34,558 nucleotides of DNA from a virus, in UHGV virus genome UHGV-0382272; one strand, 5' to 3'. The position numbers and the translations under genes were made by a program. The notes under the pieces are model-generated. The model worked only from the letters and a program-made list of their open reading frames with translations. It had not been told where the DNA came from and ran no database searches. The stretch's first letter is position 1. The number at the start of each line of letters is the position of its first letter. This document shows positions 1-6,316 of the stretch, piece after piece.

Positions 1-434
1 GAGCCACCATTTCAAACCTTGTTAATTTTAAACGGGACGGTATATACATCAAAAGCACCGGATCATACGAGGTAAATATATCTAAAGCAACAAATTATGA
101 CTCCGGAAAGATAAAAGGACCATTCGCCAGCACAAACCCATCCAACTATATACAGGCGGAGCTAAAAAGGAGAGGGTGCGTGGTTACATGTAAAATCACG
201 GCACTTATACAATTTCCAAACACAGGATCGCACGGACCGCTTGACGAATTAAAGATCCCTGTAGGATATCGACCAGTCGTAGACATAGTAGAGACGTACA
301 GCGAATTGGTTGGTACGTCAGTTATCGGGACTGGCAGGTATTTCATTACAAAAGACGGAGGAATATCCATTGTAACTGGCAAGACAGACTACTGTGAGCG
401 CATAAAGACATTTACATGGATTACGGATGACTAA
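1..434 (+). CDS. 3' portion of a gene running off the left edge; probably the last tail/host-recognition structural gene before the lysis cassette
   Basis: Frame 3 is open from nt 3 to the TAA at 432-434 and continues the listed 180..434 ORF. It sits immediately upstream of the XhlA/holin/endolysin genes. No recognisable motif. Confidence 0.45.
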   Translation, partial: ATISNLVNFKRDGIYIKSTGSYEVNISKATNYDSGKIKGPFASTNPSNYIQAELKRRGCVVTCKITALIQFPNTGSHGPLDELKIPVGYRPVVDIVETYSELVGTSVIGTGRYFITKDGGISIVTGKTDYCERIKTFTWITDD

Positions 435-458
435 AGGAGCGAATATGGAGATCAGGGC

Positions 459-483
459 AAGACCGTGTTGGTCTTATTTTTAT
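459..483 (+). terminator. Intrinsic terminator-like hairpin after the partial gene
   Basis: AAGACC-gtgtt-GGTCTT stem-loop followed by ATTTTTAT. Confidence 0.5.
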
Positions 484-506
484 ACTTTAAAAACCGGAGG
501 GAAAAC

Positions 507-788
507 ATGACAGAAAATGAAGTAGAAGTGAAACTTGCAGAGCACGGAAAAGAAATCGGCTCATTAAAGCATCGAATGAAAGAAGCAGAGGGCGTTGTGA
601 GCGTGGTACATCAACTGGCACAAGAAATGGTAGGGCTAACCAAAGAGGTCGGCTTCATGAACCAGACGTTGGTACAACTCACCGCAAAGGTGACGCATCT
701 TGAGCAGACACCAGCTAAGAGATGGGATGGGGTTGTTACCGCTCTCATTGGAGCTATTATCGGTGCAGTAGCAGCAATGCTTTTTTAA
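507..788 (+). CDS. xhlA: XhlA-like lysis-associated membrane protein (hemolysin XhlA family)
   Basis: N-terminal coiled-coil-like region and a single C-terminal TM helix (TALIGAIIGAVAAMLF), as in PBSX XhlA. GGAGGG RBS 7 nt upstream of ATG 507. It directly precedes the holin and amidase, mirroring PBSX xhlA-xhlB-xlyA. Confidence 0.65.
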   Translation: MTENEVEVKLAEHGKEIGSLKHRMKEAEGVVSVVHQLAQEMVGLTKEVGFMNQTLVQLTAKVTHLEQTPAKRWDGVVTALIGAIIGAVAAMLF

Positions 789-801
789 AGGAGGTAGAAC
801 C

Positions 802-1050
802 ATGAAAAAAATCAATTGGATTGTAAGAATCAAAAACAAGGCATTCTGGGTGGCGCTGATCCCGGCAATCTTACTGCTTGTACAGGCAATTGCGGCAGTG
901 TTTGGGTTTACAATCGATCTCGGAAACCTTGGAGACAAGCTATTAACCGTAATCAATGCGCTCTTTGCAGTGTTGGCAATCCTTGGTGTAGTGGTAGATC
1001 CAACAACACCTGGCACAGGAGACTCAGAACGGGCGCTTACATATAAGTAA
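802..1050 (+). CDS. Phage holin, phiLC3/LL-H-like family
   Basis: MKKINWIVRIKNKAFWVALIPAILLLVQ...ILGVVVDPTTPGTGDSERALTY matches the INWKVR..FW / two-TM / DPTT.G..DS..A.TY holin pattern. GGAGG RBS. Confidence 0.8.
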   Translation: MKKINWIVRIKNKAFWVALIPAILLLVQAIAAVFGFTIDLGNLGDKLLTVINALFAVLAILGVVVDPTTPGTGDSERALTYK

Positions 1051-1056
1051 ATAGCT

Positions 1057-1086
1057 AGAGAGCTTGAAAACAGGCTCTCTTTTATT
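1057..1086 (+). terminator. Rho-independent terminator after the holin
   Basis: AGAGAGC-ttgaaaacag-GCTCTCT stem followed by TTTATT. Confidence 0.6.
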
Positions 1087-1116
1087 GTGCGTATTATGCA
1101 AAAAGGTGGTGAGAAC

Positions 1117-1206
1117 ATGAGTGAACAGAACGAATTTGGCAGAACAACAGCAGAGGAACTGGAAAAAGTATTTGAAGCAGAAGAGCAGAAGGAAGAGAAA
1201 GAATGA
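1117..1206 (+). CDS. 29-aa acidic micro-ORF (MSEQNEFGRTTAEELEKVFEAEEQKEEKE) translationally coupled to the endolysin
   Basis: GGTGG RBS upstream. Its stop TGA overlaps the endolysin ATG (ATGA). Too short for the ORF track. Confidence 0.3.
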   Translation: MSEQNEFGRTTAEELEKVFEAEEQKEEKE

Positions 1207-2006
1207 AAATTGGCTTAAGGGGAGGTCACTCCCTAAATTGTAAAGGTGCAATCGGTCTGATCGATGAACAGGAAGAAGTGCGGAAGATCTACAATGAGCT
1301 TGCGCCAATGCTACAGGCAGTCGGTCACACTGTGATCGATTGTAACTCCAACTCATCCAATGTGTCTGGTGAGCTGTCTGATGGCACAAATAAAGCGAAT
1401 AGTGCAGGGTGCAATATCTATATCACCTTGCACATGAATGCGGCAGGGGCGGCGTCAGCGGGCGGTACAGAGGTGTGGTTATATGATGCATCCAATCCGA
1501 CTATGAACATGATTGCAAGTAACATCTGCAAGAATTTTGAAGAAAAAGGATTTGTTAACCGCGGTGTTAAATATAGTTCCGGCTATCATGATCTGAATGC
1601 ATCCAATATGCCCGGTATGATCGTAGAGACATTATTTTGCACCGGCACAGATGATGTAGCAAGGTATCGGAATTTAGGCACAAAAGGAATTGCTGAACTG
1701 ATAGCAAAGGCGATCGACAGCAAAGCATCCGCAGGAAGCGGACAGGAAAATAATCAGAATACAGGAGATCAGGAAGGAGAAGAGACTATGCAGTGTATGT
1801 TTACAGTAGAGGGAAAAGGATGTGTATATTGGTATCATGATGATAAAATTACGGCTTTGGGACATCCGGATGAGATGAAGATCCTGATGGATATTTACAA
1901 AGCGAACAATGGGAGAGATATGCCGTCTTACCACTGGACGAAAAAAGCGCCGTGGCACGCAAGATTACTTGCGGTGCTGAACAGAAAACCATCTACATCT
2001 ATCTAA
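1203..2006 (+). CDS. Endolysin: N-acetylmuramoyl-L-alanine amidase (Amidase_3, CD27L-like catalytic domain) with an unknown C-terminal cell-wall-binding domain
   Basis: MKIGLRGGHS...LHMNAAG...GTEVWLY...ETLFCTG...KGIAELIAKAI matches the Amidase_3/CD27L motifs (GHS, LHxNA, G-EV-Y, E-xFxxN/T). It is the last gene of the lysis cassette. Confidence 0.9.
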   Translation: MKIGLRGGHSLNCKGAIGLIDEQEEVRKIYNELAPMLQAVGHTVIDCNSNSSNVSGELSDGTNKANSAGCNIYITLHMNAAGAASAGGTEVWLYDASNPTMNMIASNICKNFEEKGFVNRGVKYSSGYHDLNASNMPGMIVETLFCTGTDDVARYRNLGTKGIAELIAKAIDSKASAGSGQENNQNTGDQEGEETMQCMFTVEGKGCVYWYHDDKITALGHPDEMKILMDIYKANNGRDMPSYHWTKKAPWHARLLAVLNRKPSTSI

Positions 2007-2012
2007 TAAAAT

Positions 2013-2045
2013 CCCCTCGGAGATCAGCTCTCTGAGGGGAATCAA
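2013..2045 (+). terminator. Strong 11-bp hairpin after the endolysin (terminator-like, weak U-tract)
   Basis: CCCCTCGGAGA-tcagc-TCTCTGAGGGG, then AATCAATATTATTTG. Confidence 0.45.
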
Positions 2046-2079
2046 TATTATTTGTTAGTGAAATGTATTTTTTAATAAA

Positions 2080-2107
2080 TTCAATTCAAGCCCCTCTGTG
2101 TTATAAT
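2080..2107 (+). promoter_or_regulatory. Sigma-70-like promoter with extended -10 driving the 59-aa ORF
   Basis: TTCAAT, 16-bp spacer, TGtTATAAT. Confidence 0.4.
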
Positions 2108-2137
2108 AATATGTAGTCAATGTGAGGGGGAACAAGT

Positions 2138-2317
2138 ATGGAATATCAGATCTACGAATCTTACGATACATTTTTGCTTTACCAAGAGTTTATGGAGATA
2201 CCAGGTAATACATTCAAGTTCCGGCTGCCAAGAGGGATGATCCTGACAACCGAAATGATGCACACCTTTTTACGTGCTGCGTATATGAGTGTTGGACGGA
2301 TGGATCTGCCGTCCTGA
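2138..2317 (+). CDS. 59-aa moron protein (MEYQIYESYDTFLLYQEFMEIPGNTFKFRLPRGMILTTEMMHTFLRAAYMSVGRMDLPS); function unknown, possibly an excision or accessory factor
   Basis: GAGGGGG RBS 7 nt upstream of ATG 2138 and its own promoter. It lies between the endolysin terminator and the attP-like repeats. Confidence 0.45.
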   Translation: MEYQIYESYDTFLLYQEFMEIPGNTFKFRLPRGMILTTEMMHTFLRAAYMSVGRMDLPS

Positions 2318-2332
2318 ATATTGTATCATTTT

Positions 2333-2374
2333 CGTGTTGCATATCGTGTTGCATATCGGTGTAAAATGCAACAC
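2333..2374 (+). repeat. Arm-type repeat cluster, left side: two tandem 12-mers CGTGTTGCATAT plus an inverted TGCAACAC copy
   Basis: 2333-2344 and 2345-2356 are direct repeats; 2367-2374 is the reverse complement of GTGTTGCA. Confidence 0.6.
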
Positions 2375-2465
2375 AAATTATAAAATATTATATTTTTTAT
2401 AAAATAGTATATCCGATAAAGCCAATAAAAAGGGAATCTACGATTTCTCGCGATTCCCTATAAAA

Positions 2466-2495
2466 TGGACCTGGCGGGAGTCGAACCCTCACAAT
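2466..2495 (-). other. tRNA 3'-end-like fragment (T-arm plus acceptor 3' strand); candidate attP/att core
   Basis: Reverse complement reads ...GTGAGGGTTCGACTCCCGCCAGGTCCA (T-loop TTCGACT, then a 7-nt acceptor strand). No D or anticodon arm upstream, so it is a fragment and not a gene. Confidence 0.5.
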
Positions 2496-2517
2496 TTTGA
2501 TTAAAACGCACGTAAAA

Positions 2518-3624
2518 TCACGCTTCCTTTTCTGCGTGTTGCATTTCGTGTTGCATATTCTCAAAATGTGAGTTTACTTTATCGATAAATTTCTTGTCTT
2601 CTGCATCAATCGTGTTGCGATAGACTTTTTTTAACACGCGATCAGATTTCCAACCGCCACGCTTCATTATATACTGGTCCGGTATCCCGATAGCGTGCAT
2701 GATCGATGCGGTATAATGTCTGAGATCGTGAAAGCGGAACTTTGGTATCCCTGCCGCTTGCAGTATACGCCCAAACTTTTTAGAGATATCTTCCGGGTGC
2801 ATCTTAACAAGTTTTCCTTCTACATCATCAAATTTCCGTATAACAAATTCTGGAAAAATAATATATCGGTAACTCTTTTTCGTCTTAGGTGACTTCTCGA
2901 TCATTCCTTTTCTTCCGCGCACTCTTGTAATCCGAACTCTAATTGAATTTCCGTTTATATCCTCTTTTTCAAGCCCACACACTTCCCCTCGTCTGAGACT
3001 ACCAAAAGCAGCCAGAAGCACAGCTTTTTCAAGTTCTGTCCCCTTGATGTAGTTTATAAGATTTACAATATCTTGGTCGGAAGGAGTATAATATTCCAGC
3101 TCTTCGGATTGCGGGAGTGTAGTTTTGAACGTCCGGTCCGGAGCGTACATGGACATTACCGGGATAAAGAGACCGTAAGCATTTTTGACAGTTTTTGGAG
3201 ATAGCCTTGCAGATAGATTATTGACCCATATCTGTACATCCTCTTGTGTGATTTTTCGGATGTTAATTTCCTCAATATCCCCAATTTGGTTATTCATGAT
3301 TGTTTCATAACCTCGCAGCGTTGTTTCTGATAATACATTTTCTTTCGCTTCTATATACCTTTTAAACGCTTGCTTTACAGTCATATTTTCTGGCCGTTTC
3401 TTAGTATCTCTTTCTGAAAGGAATGTAGCTGCCTGCGCTTCTGCATCCTGCTTTCCTTTTCTTCCTGGCAGATTGCTTGTGAAAGATTCGTAGATTCTCT
3501 TTTCCTTCTGTTTCCCTGTCTTCTCGTCGATAATTGGTTTTCCTTCCCTGTCATATAGCTTTTCTTTGTGGCTATATACAAGACACCTCCATGTACCGGA
3601 GGGCAGCTGCTTTGCTGTTGCCAT
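2518..3624 (-). CDS. int: Tyrosine-type site-specific integrase
   Basis: C-terminal catalytic domain with R...HDLRHY...VYRN (R-H-R-Y signature). Start set at ATG 3624 (MATAKQLPSG) with AAGGAGA RBS. The longer 437-aa ORF in the track is an upstream in-frame extension without an RBS. Confidence 0.9.
   Translation of the reverse strand: MATAKQLPSGTWRCLVYSHKEKLYDREGKPIIDEKTGKQKEKRIYESFTSNLPGRKGKQDAEAQAATFLSERDTKKRPENMTVKQAFKRYIEAKENVLSETTLRGYETIMNNQIGDIEEINIRKITQEDVQIWVNNLSARLSPKTVKNAYGLFIPVMSMYAPDRTFKTTLPQSEELEYYTPSDQDIVNLINYIKGTELEKAVLLAAFGSLRRGEVCGLEKEDINGNSIRVRITRVRGRKGMIEKSPKTKKSYRYIIFPEFVIRKFDDVEGKLVKMHPEDISKKFGRILQAAGIPKFRFHDLRHYTASIMHAIGIPDQYIMKRGGWKSDRVLKKVYRNTIDAEDKKFIDKVNSHFENMQHEMQHAEKEA
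2535..2558 (+). repeat. Arm-type repeat cluster, right side: CGTGTTGCATTT CGTGTTGCATAT, lying inside the 3' end of the integrase gene
   Basis: Same 10-mer as at 2333-2356, in the same orientation and with the same 12-bp period. Confidence 0.6.
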
Positions 3625-3790
3625 TTCGTCATCTCCTTTAAATTTTAGTACAAAAATAACAGCCAGCGCAAAACATATGTTCCGCTTGCAAGCTGTTTCC
3701 GAAGATGATACAATATTCGTGGATTTCAATCGCATATCTTCGGATATGTATTGCCGTCCCGGTGTTGGTAGCACTGGGGCGGTTTTTATT

Positions 3791-4321
3791 TTATTGCACG
3801 GCGATTTTCTGAGTATCCTTCTTGTTGTCAAACGATATCATATCGGATGCTTCGATTGTGAGCTCAGTATCACTCTTCAATTTATATACCTGGCATACTT
3901 CAACCGTTCCACCCGGCTGCACTTCATTTATAGCGTAATTGTTCATAGAGTCGTTCTGTTCTGTCATAATTCCTATTTCACACTCGCCACCGTCCTGAAA
4001 ACACTGTACGTTTGCAGCAATTCCAGCTGTTGCATTTTCATCCGAATTATTTGTAAAGGTATAATAGTAAAGCAGACATTTATTTCCCTCATAATCATTC
4101 GCAAATTCATGTCGTACATATTTTACATTAAATTTTTCTGCTGTAAAATCTATGATTCCGTCATCGACTGGCTGTGCTTCTTCTTTTGATTCTTCTTTCT
4201 GCTCTGTTGTTGCTTCTGTCTTTGCCTCGGCGTCTTTGGACGGTTCGGCATCCCCACCACATGCTGTAATGGATAATGCCATAGCTCCTACTAATAACAT
4301 TGCTACAATTTTCTTTTTCAT
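3791..4321 (-). CDS. Secreted lipoprotein (DUF5067/DUF4352-like); candidate superinfection-exclusion protein
   Basis: Signal peptide MKKKIVAMLLVGAMALSITAC with lipobox LSITAC, then a low-complexity E/K-rich linker and a beta-rich domain. It occupies the int-adjacent slot that holds Ltp/Sie-type lipoproteins in Gram-positive prophages. Confidence 0.7.
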   Translation of the reverse strand: MKKKIVAMLLVGAMALSITACGGDAEPSKDAEAKTEATTEQKEESKEEAQPVDDGIIDFTAEKFNVKYVRHEFANDYEGNKCLLYYYTFTNNSDENATAGIAANVQCFQDGGECEIGIMTEQNDSMNNYAINEVQPGGTVEVCQVYKLKSDTELTIEASDMISFDNKKDTQKIAVQ

Positions 4322-4391
4322 AGTTTCCTCACTTTCTTATGTACATTAACACCACTTTACTCTCTATATAAACGCCGTAGCGATTATACCA

Positions 4392-4432
4392 TTTCCAGTA
4401 TTTCCCTGTAGTTTCCAGTATCGGAATATACT
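4392..4432 (+). promoter_or_regulatory. Putative control region of the small XRE gene: direct repeats TTTCCAGTAT x2 (20-bp period) and a TATACT -10
   Basis: Repeats at 4392-4401 and 4412-4421. TATACT at 4427-4432, 14 nt before ATG 4447 (near-leaderless). No good -35. Confidence 0.3.
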
Positions 4433-4446
4433 ACAATTAAAATATT

Positions 4447-4644
4447 ATGAAAATACTACTCGATAAGATCATGCTCGATAAAAACCTATCTACTCGGCAA
4501 GTATCCATTGCGACTGGAATATCAAAATCAACGATTAACCGTATTGCAAATGGTGAAATATCACCGACAGCCGACACACTGGAATTGCTTGCCAAGGGCT
4601 TGAAAGTCCGAATTTCTGACCTTATCGACTCTCCATATCAATAA
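4447..4644 (+). CDS. Small XRE-family HTH (Cro/C1-type) DNA-binding protein
   Basis: LSTRQVSIATGISKSTINRIANGEISPTADTLELLAKGL is a classic HTH_3. Possible alternative start at 4471. No strong RBS. Confidence 0.6.
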   Translation: MKILLDKIMLDKNLSTRQVSIATGISKSTINRIANGEISPTADTLELLAKGLKVRISDLIDSPYQ

Positions 4645-4647
4645 GTG

Positions 4648-4663
4648 TCCCAGATCTGGGACG
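4648..4663. promoter_or_regulatory. Perfect 16-bp palindrome GTCCCAGATCTGGGAC just after the XRE gene
   Basis: 6-bp arms around GATC. Either a hairpin or a protein-binding site. Confidence 0.3.
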
Positions 4664-4748
4664 ATTGTCCATTTTCGCGTAAGTTTCCCGATTTTAGATT
4701 GTTAACTTAATAGAGAGGTACATAAGTACCAAAAAATAACAGAACAAA

Positions 4749-4813
4749 TGTTCGAACAAAATATTGATTTTTATTCACCGAAATAGTATTATGTATTCAG
4801 GGATTTCGAACAT
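4749..4813 (+). promoter_or_regulatory. Promoter of the 32-aa peptide gene, bracketed by TTCGAA-core palindromes
   Basis: Perfect palindrome TGTTCGAACA at 4749-4758 just upstream of -35 TTGATT (4764-4769). 17-bp spacer to -10 TATTAT (4787-4792). A second site ATTTCGAACA at 4803-4812 just downstream of the predicted start. Confidence 0.45.
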
Positions 4814-4840
4814 GTGTTTTTGCAGTTAGGGGGATCGCGA

Positions 4841-4939
4841 ATGGACTACAAAAAACTTATCATTGAATTGGTTAACAAGTCCAACAACATTGAGACGTTG
4901 GAACTTGTATACCGATTCTGCAAAAAACTTTTAGGCTAG
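4841..4939 (+). CDS. 32-aa amphipathic peptide (MDYKKLIIELVNKSNNIETLELVYRFCKKLLG); function unknown
   Basis: AGGGGGA RBS 6 nt upstream of ATG 4841. It has its own regulated promoter and ends in the bidirectional terminator. No signal peptide. Confidence 0.45.
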   Translation: MDYKKLIIELVNKSNNIETLELVYRFCKKLLG

Positions 4940-4958
4940 GGAAACCCTAGTCTTTTTT
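4936..4958. terminator. Bidirectional intrinsic terminator between convergent genes
   Basis: CTAGGG-aaa-CCCTAG followed by TCTTTTTT on the + strand; an A/T run also follows on the - strand. It overlaps the stop codon of the repressor gene. Confidence 0.6.
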
Positions 4959-5330
4959 AATTAAGCTCTCAGCGAGCTTCTCTAGGACTTCCCATTCATT
5001 TTCATCCAGCTTGGCAAGAGCTTCTACTAATCTTTTCTTAAATGTATTATCTTCCATTATAAGATCAGTAGCAAAGTCTGTAATCAGCTGGTTTCTTGTT
5101 AATGGTACAAACATTTCACCGTTTCCGGTTCTTAACCACTCTTCATTTACATTGAATTCTTTGCAAATTAACTTATATAAGGATTCTTTTTGATCTGGGC
5201 GTTTCAAACGATCGTATTCTATATTAACAATAACACTTTCGCTGACGCCAAGTCTTTCTCCAAAAACTCTCCTAGACATACTTAAGTCTTTTCTTAAGAT
5301 TTCAATTCTTTCTCCTATATTTAATTCCAA
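4947..5330 (-). CDS. Phage repressor, XRE HTH with SinR-like C-terminal dimerisation segment (CI functional analogue)
   Basis: N-terminal HTH_3 (IEILRKDLSMSRRVFGERLGVSESVIVNIE). The C-terminal LDENEWEVLEKLAESL resembles the Sin-domain LDxEWxxL motif. AAAGGAGGT RBS. It is divergent from the early operon. Confidence 0.75.
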   Translation of the reverse strand: MELNIGERIEILRKDLSMSRRVFGERLGVSESVIVNIEYDRLKRPDQKESLYKLICKEFNVNEEWLRTGNGEMFVPLTRNQLITDFATDLIMEDNTFKKRLVEALAKLDENEWEVLEKLAESLIKKD

Positions 5331-5339
5331 AAGGCTACC

Positions 5340-5459
5340 TCCTTTCTAAAATTAGTATATCATCATTATACTTGTTAGTCAACAAGAAAAATATTTAAAA
5401 TTTTTAAAAATCTTATTGACAAACAAGAAAATATGAGTTATTATTTGTTCATCAACAAG
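5340..5459. promoter_or_regulatory. Divergent switch region: three operators CTTGTT-N4-AACAAG interleaved with promoters PR (+) and a repressor promoter (-)
   Basis: O1 at 5371-5386 (perfect), O2 at 5412-5427 (CTTATTgacaAACAAG), O3 at 5444-5459 (TTTGTTcatcAACAAG). PR has -35 TTGACA 5416-5421, 17-bp spacer and -10 TATTAT 5439-5444. Leftward promoter (read on the - strand): -35 TTGACT overlapping O1, 17-bp spacer, -10 TATACT. Confidence 0.6.
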
Positions 5460-5495
5460 AAACAACACAGCAAACCGAAAGCGAGGAAATGAAAA

Positions 5496-5720
5496 ATGAC
5501 AGTTGTAGATATGGTAATTGGAACAATGAGAAAAGGCGAGTACGCAACACACTATAAAAAAGGAAATTCAAATTTCTTTTTGAGAAACAATGAAGATTTC
5601 TATCATCTGGATAAAGTAACAAAAGGATGTTCGGCTACAGTGGTGGCTGGAACAGAAGAAGAGGTTCTTGATTATATAAAAGAAAACAAGTTAAAACAAG
5701 TTGCATTATTACATATTTAA
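5496..5720 (+). CDS. Hypothetical early protein (first gene of the rightward operon; no HTH seen)
   Basis: GAGGA RBS. 74 aa. Confidence 0.5.
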   Translation: MTVVDMVIGTMRKGEYATHYKKGNSNFFLRNNEDFYHLDKVTKGCSATVVAGTEEEVLDYIKENKLKQVALLHI

Positions 5721-5767
5721 TTTTAATGCTGACCTATCGGCATGACGGGGAGGAAGAAGGATAGGAC

Positions 5768-5971
5768 ATGAAGAAAGAATATTCAATCAGAACGGTGAAA
5801 AACGGAAAACTTTTTATCCCATTAAGTTATCAAGGAATTCCCTACAGATTTACAAGCACAAGTTACGAAAAAGTAAAAAATCGTTTTGATGATTTAGTGG
5901 AATCAAATAATTATGAAGGAAAGCTTGTCCTTGTAGAAAGAGAAGTAAGCGAATATAAACTAATTGAATAA
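5768..5971 (+). CDS. Hypothetical protein
   Basis: GGGAGGAAGAAGG RBS. 67 aa. Confidence 0.5.
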   Translation: MKKEYSIRTVKNGKLFIPLSYQGIPYRFTSTSYEKVKNRFDDLVESNNYEGKLVLVEREVSEYKLIE

Positions 5972-6026
5972 TCCGGACACGTTCCGGCACCGTAATGCAG
6001 CCGAAGCCGGTTCAAAGCCCGGATTG
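5971..6026. other. GC-rich CCGG-dense dyad element (possible RNA structure or protein-binding site)
   Basis: ATCCGG...CCGGAT outer stem, CCGGC...GCCGG inner stem, four CCGG in 55 bp within an AT-rich region. No U-tract. Confidence 0.3.
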
Positions 6027-6067
6027 AGAAATGCAGAGGACAGAATATAAGGAAAGGAGGTGAAGAA

Positions 6068-6316
6068 ATGAGAAATATGGAATTCAGAAGAAGAGAACGA
6101 GAAATTTTACATAATTATATGGAGTTTTTGGCAGCTAATCACAAAGAGATAGAGCCAGCCATAATGACTGACTCTATATGTAAGTTGCACAGCGAATTAA
6201 ATTCCACCACTGATATTAGTATTAAGTTTTGCGGAATTATTCTTGCTATCTTGCTTGCGAATCTTGCGGTAGGCTTCTTCGTACTTATCAGCAATTTCTT
6301 CAGGAGTAAGGCTTGA
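6068..6316 (+). CDS. Hypothetical protein with hydrophobic C-terminus; overlaps a convergent ORF
   Basis: AGGAGGTG RBS, 6 nt spacer. 82 aa. The 3' 120 nt is antisense to ORF 6197..6382. Confidence 0.4.
   Translation: MRNMEFRRREREILHNYMEFLAANHKEIEPAIMTDSICKLHSELNSTTDISIKFCGIILAILLANLAVGFFVLISNFFRSKA

Noticed and set aside
816-1046. 76-aa alternate-frame ORF inside the holin gene
   Set aside because: Same strand but a different frame of a clearly recognisable holin. No RBS.
2466-2495. tRNA-like fragment as a complete tRNA or tmRNA gene
   Set aside because: No D-arm or anticodon arm can be folded upstream. The acceptor strand does not end in the CCCC-A-CCA expected of ssrA. It is treated as an att-site core fragment only.
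2518-3831. 437-aa version of the integrase ORF
   Set aside because: The first 69 codons overlap the lipoprotein gene region and have no RBS. A strong AAGGAGA RBS precedes ATG 3624, giving a normal 368-aa integrase.
3566-4189. 207-aa + strand ORF
   Set aside because: It is antisense to the lipoprotein gene with a low-complexity Phe/Ile-rich translation. Typical mirror-frame artefact.
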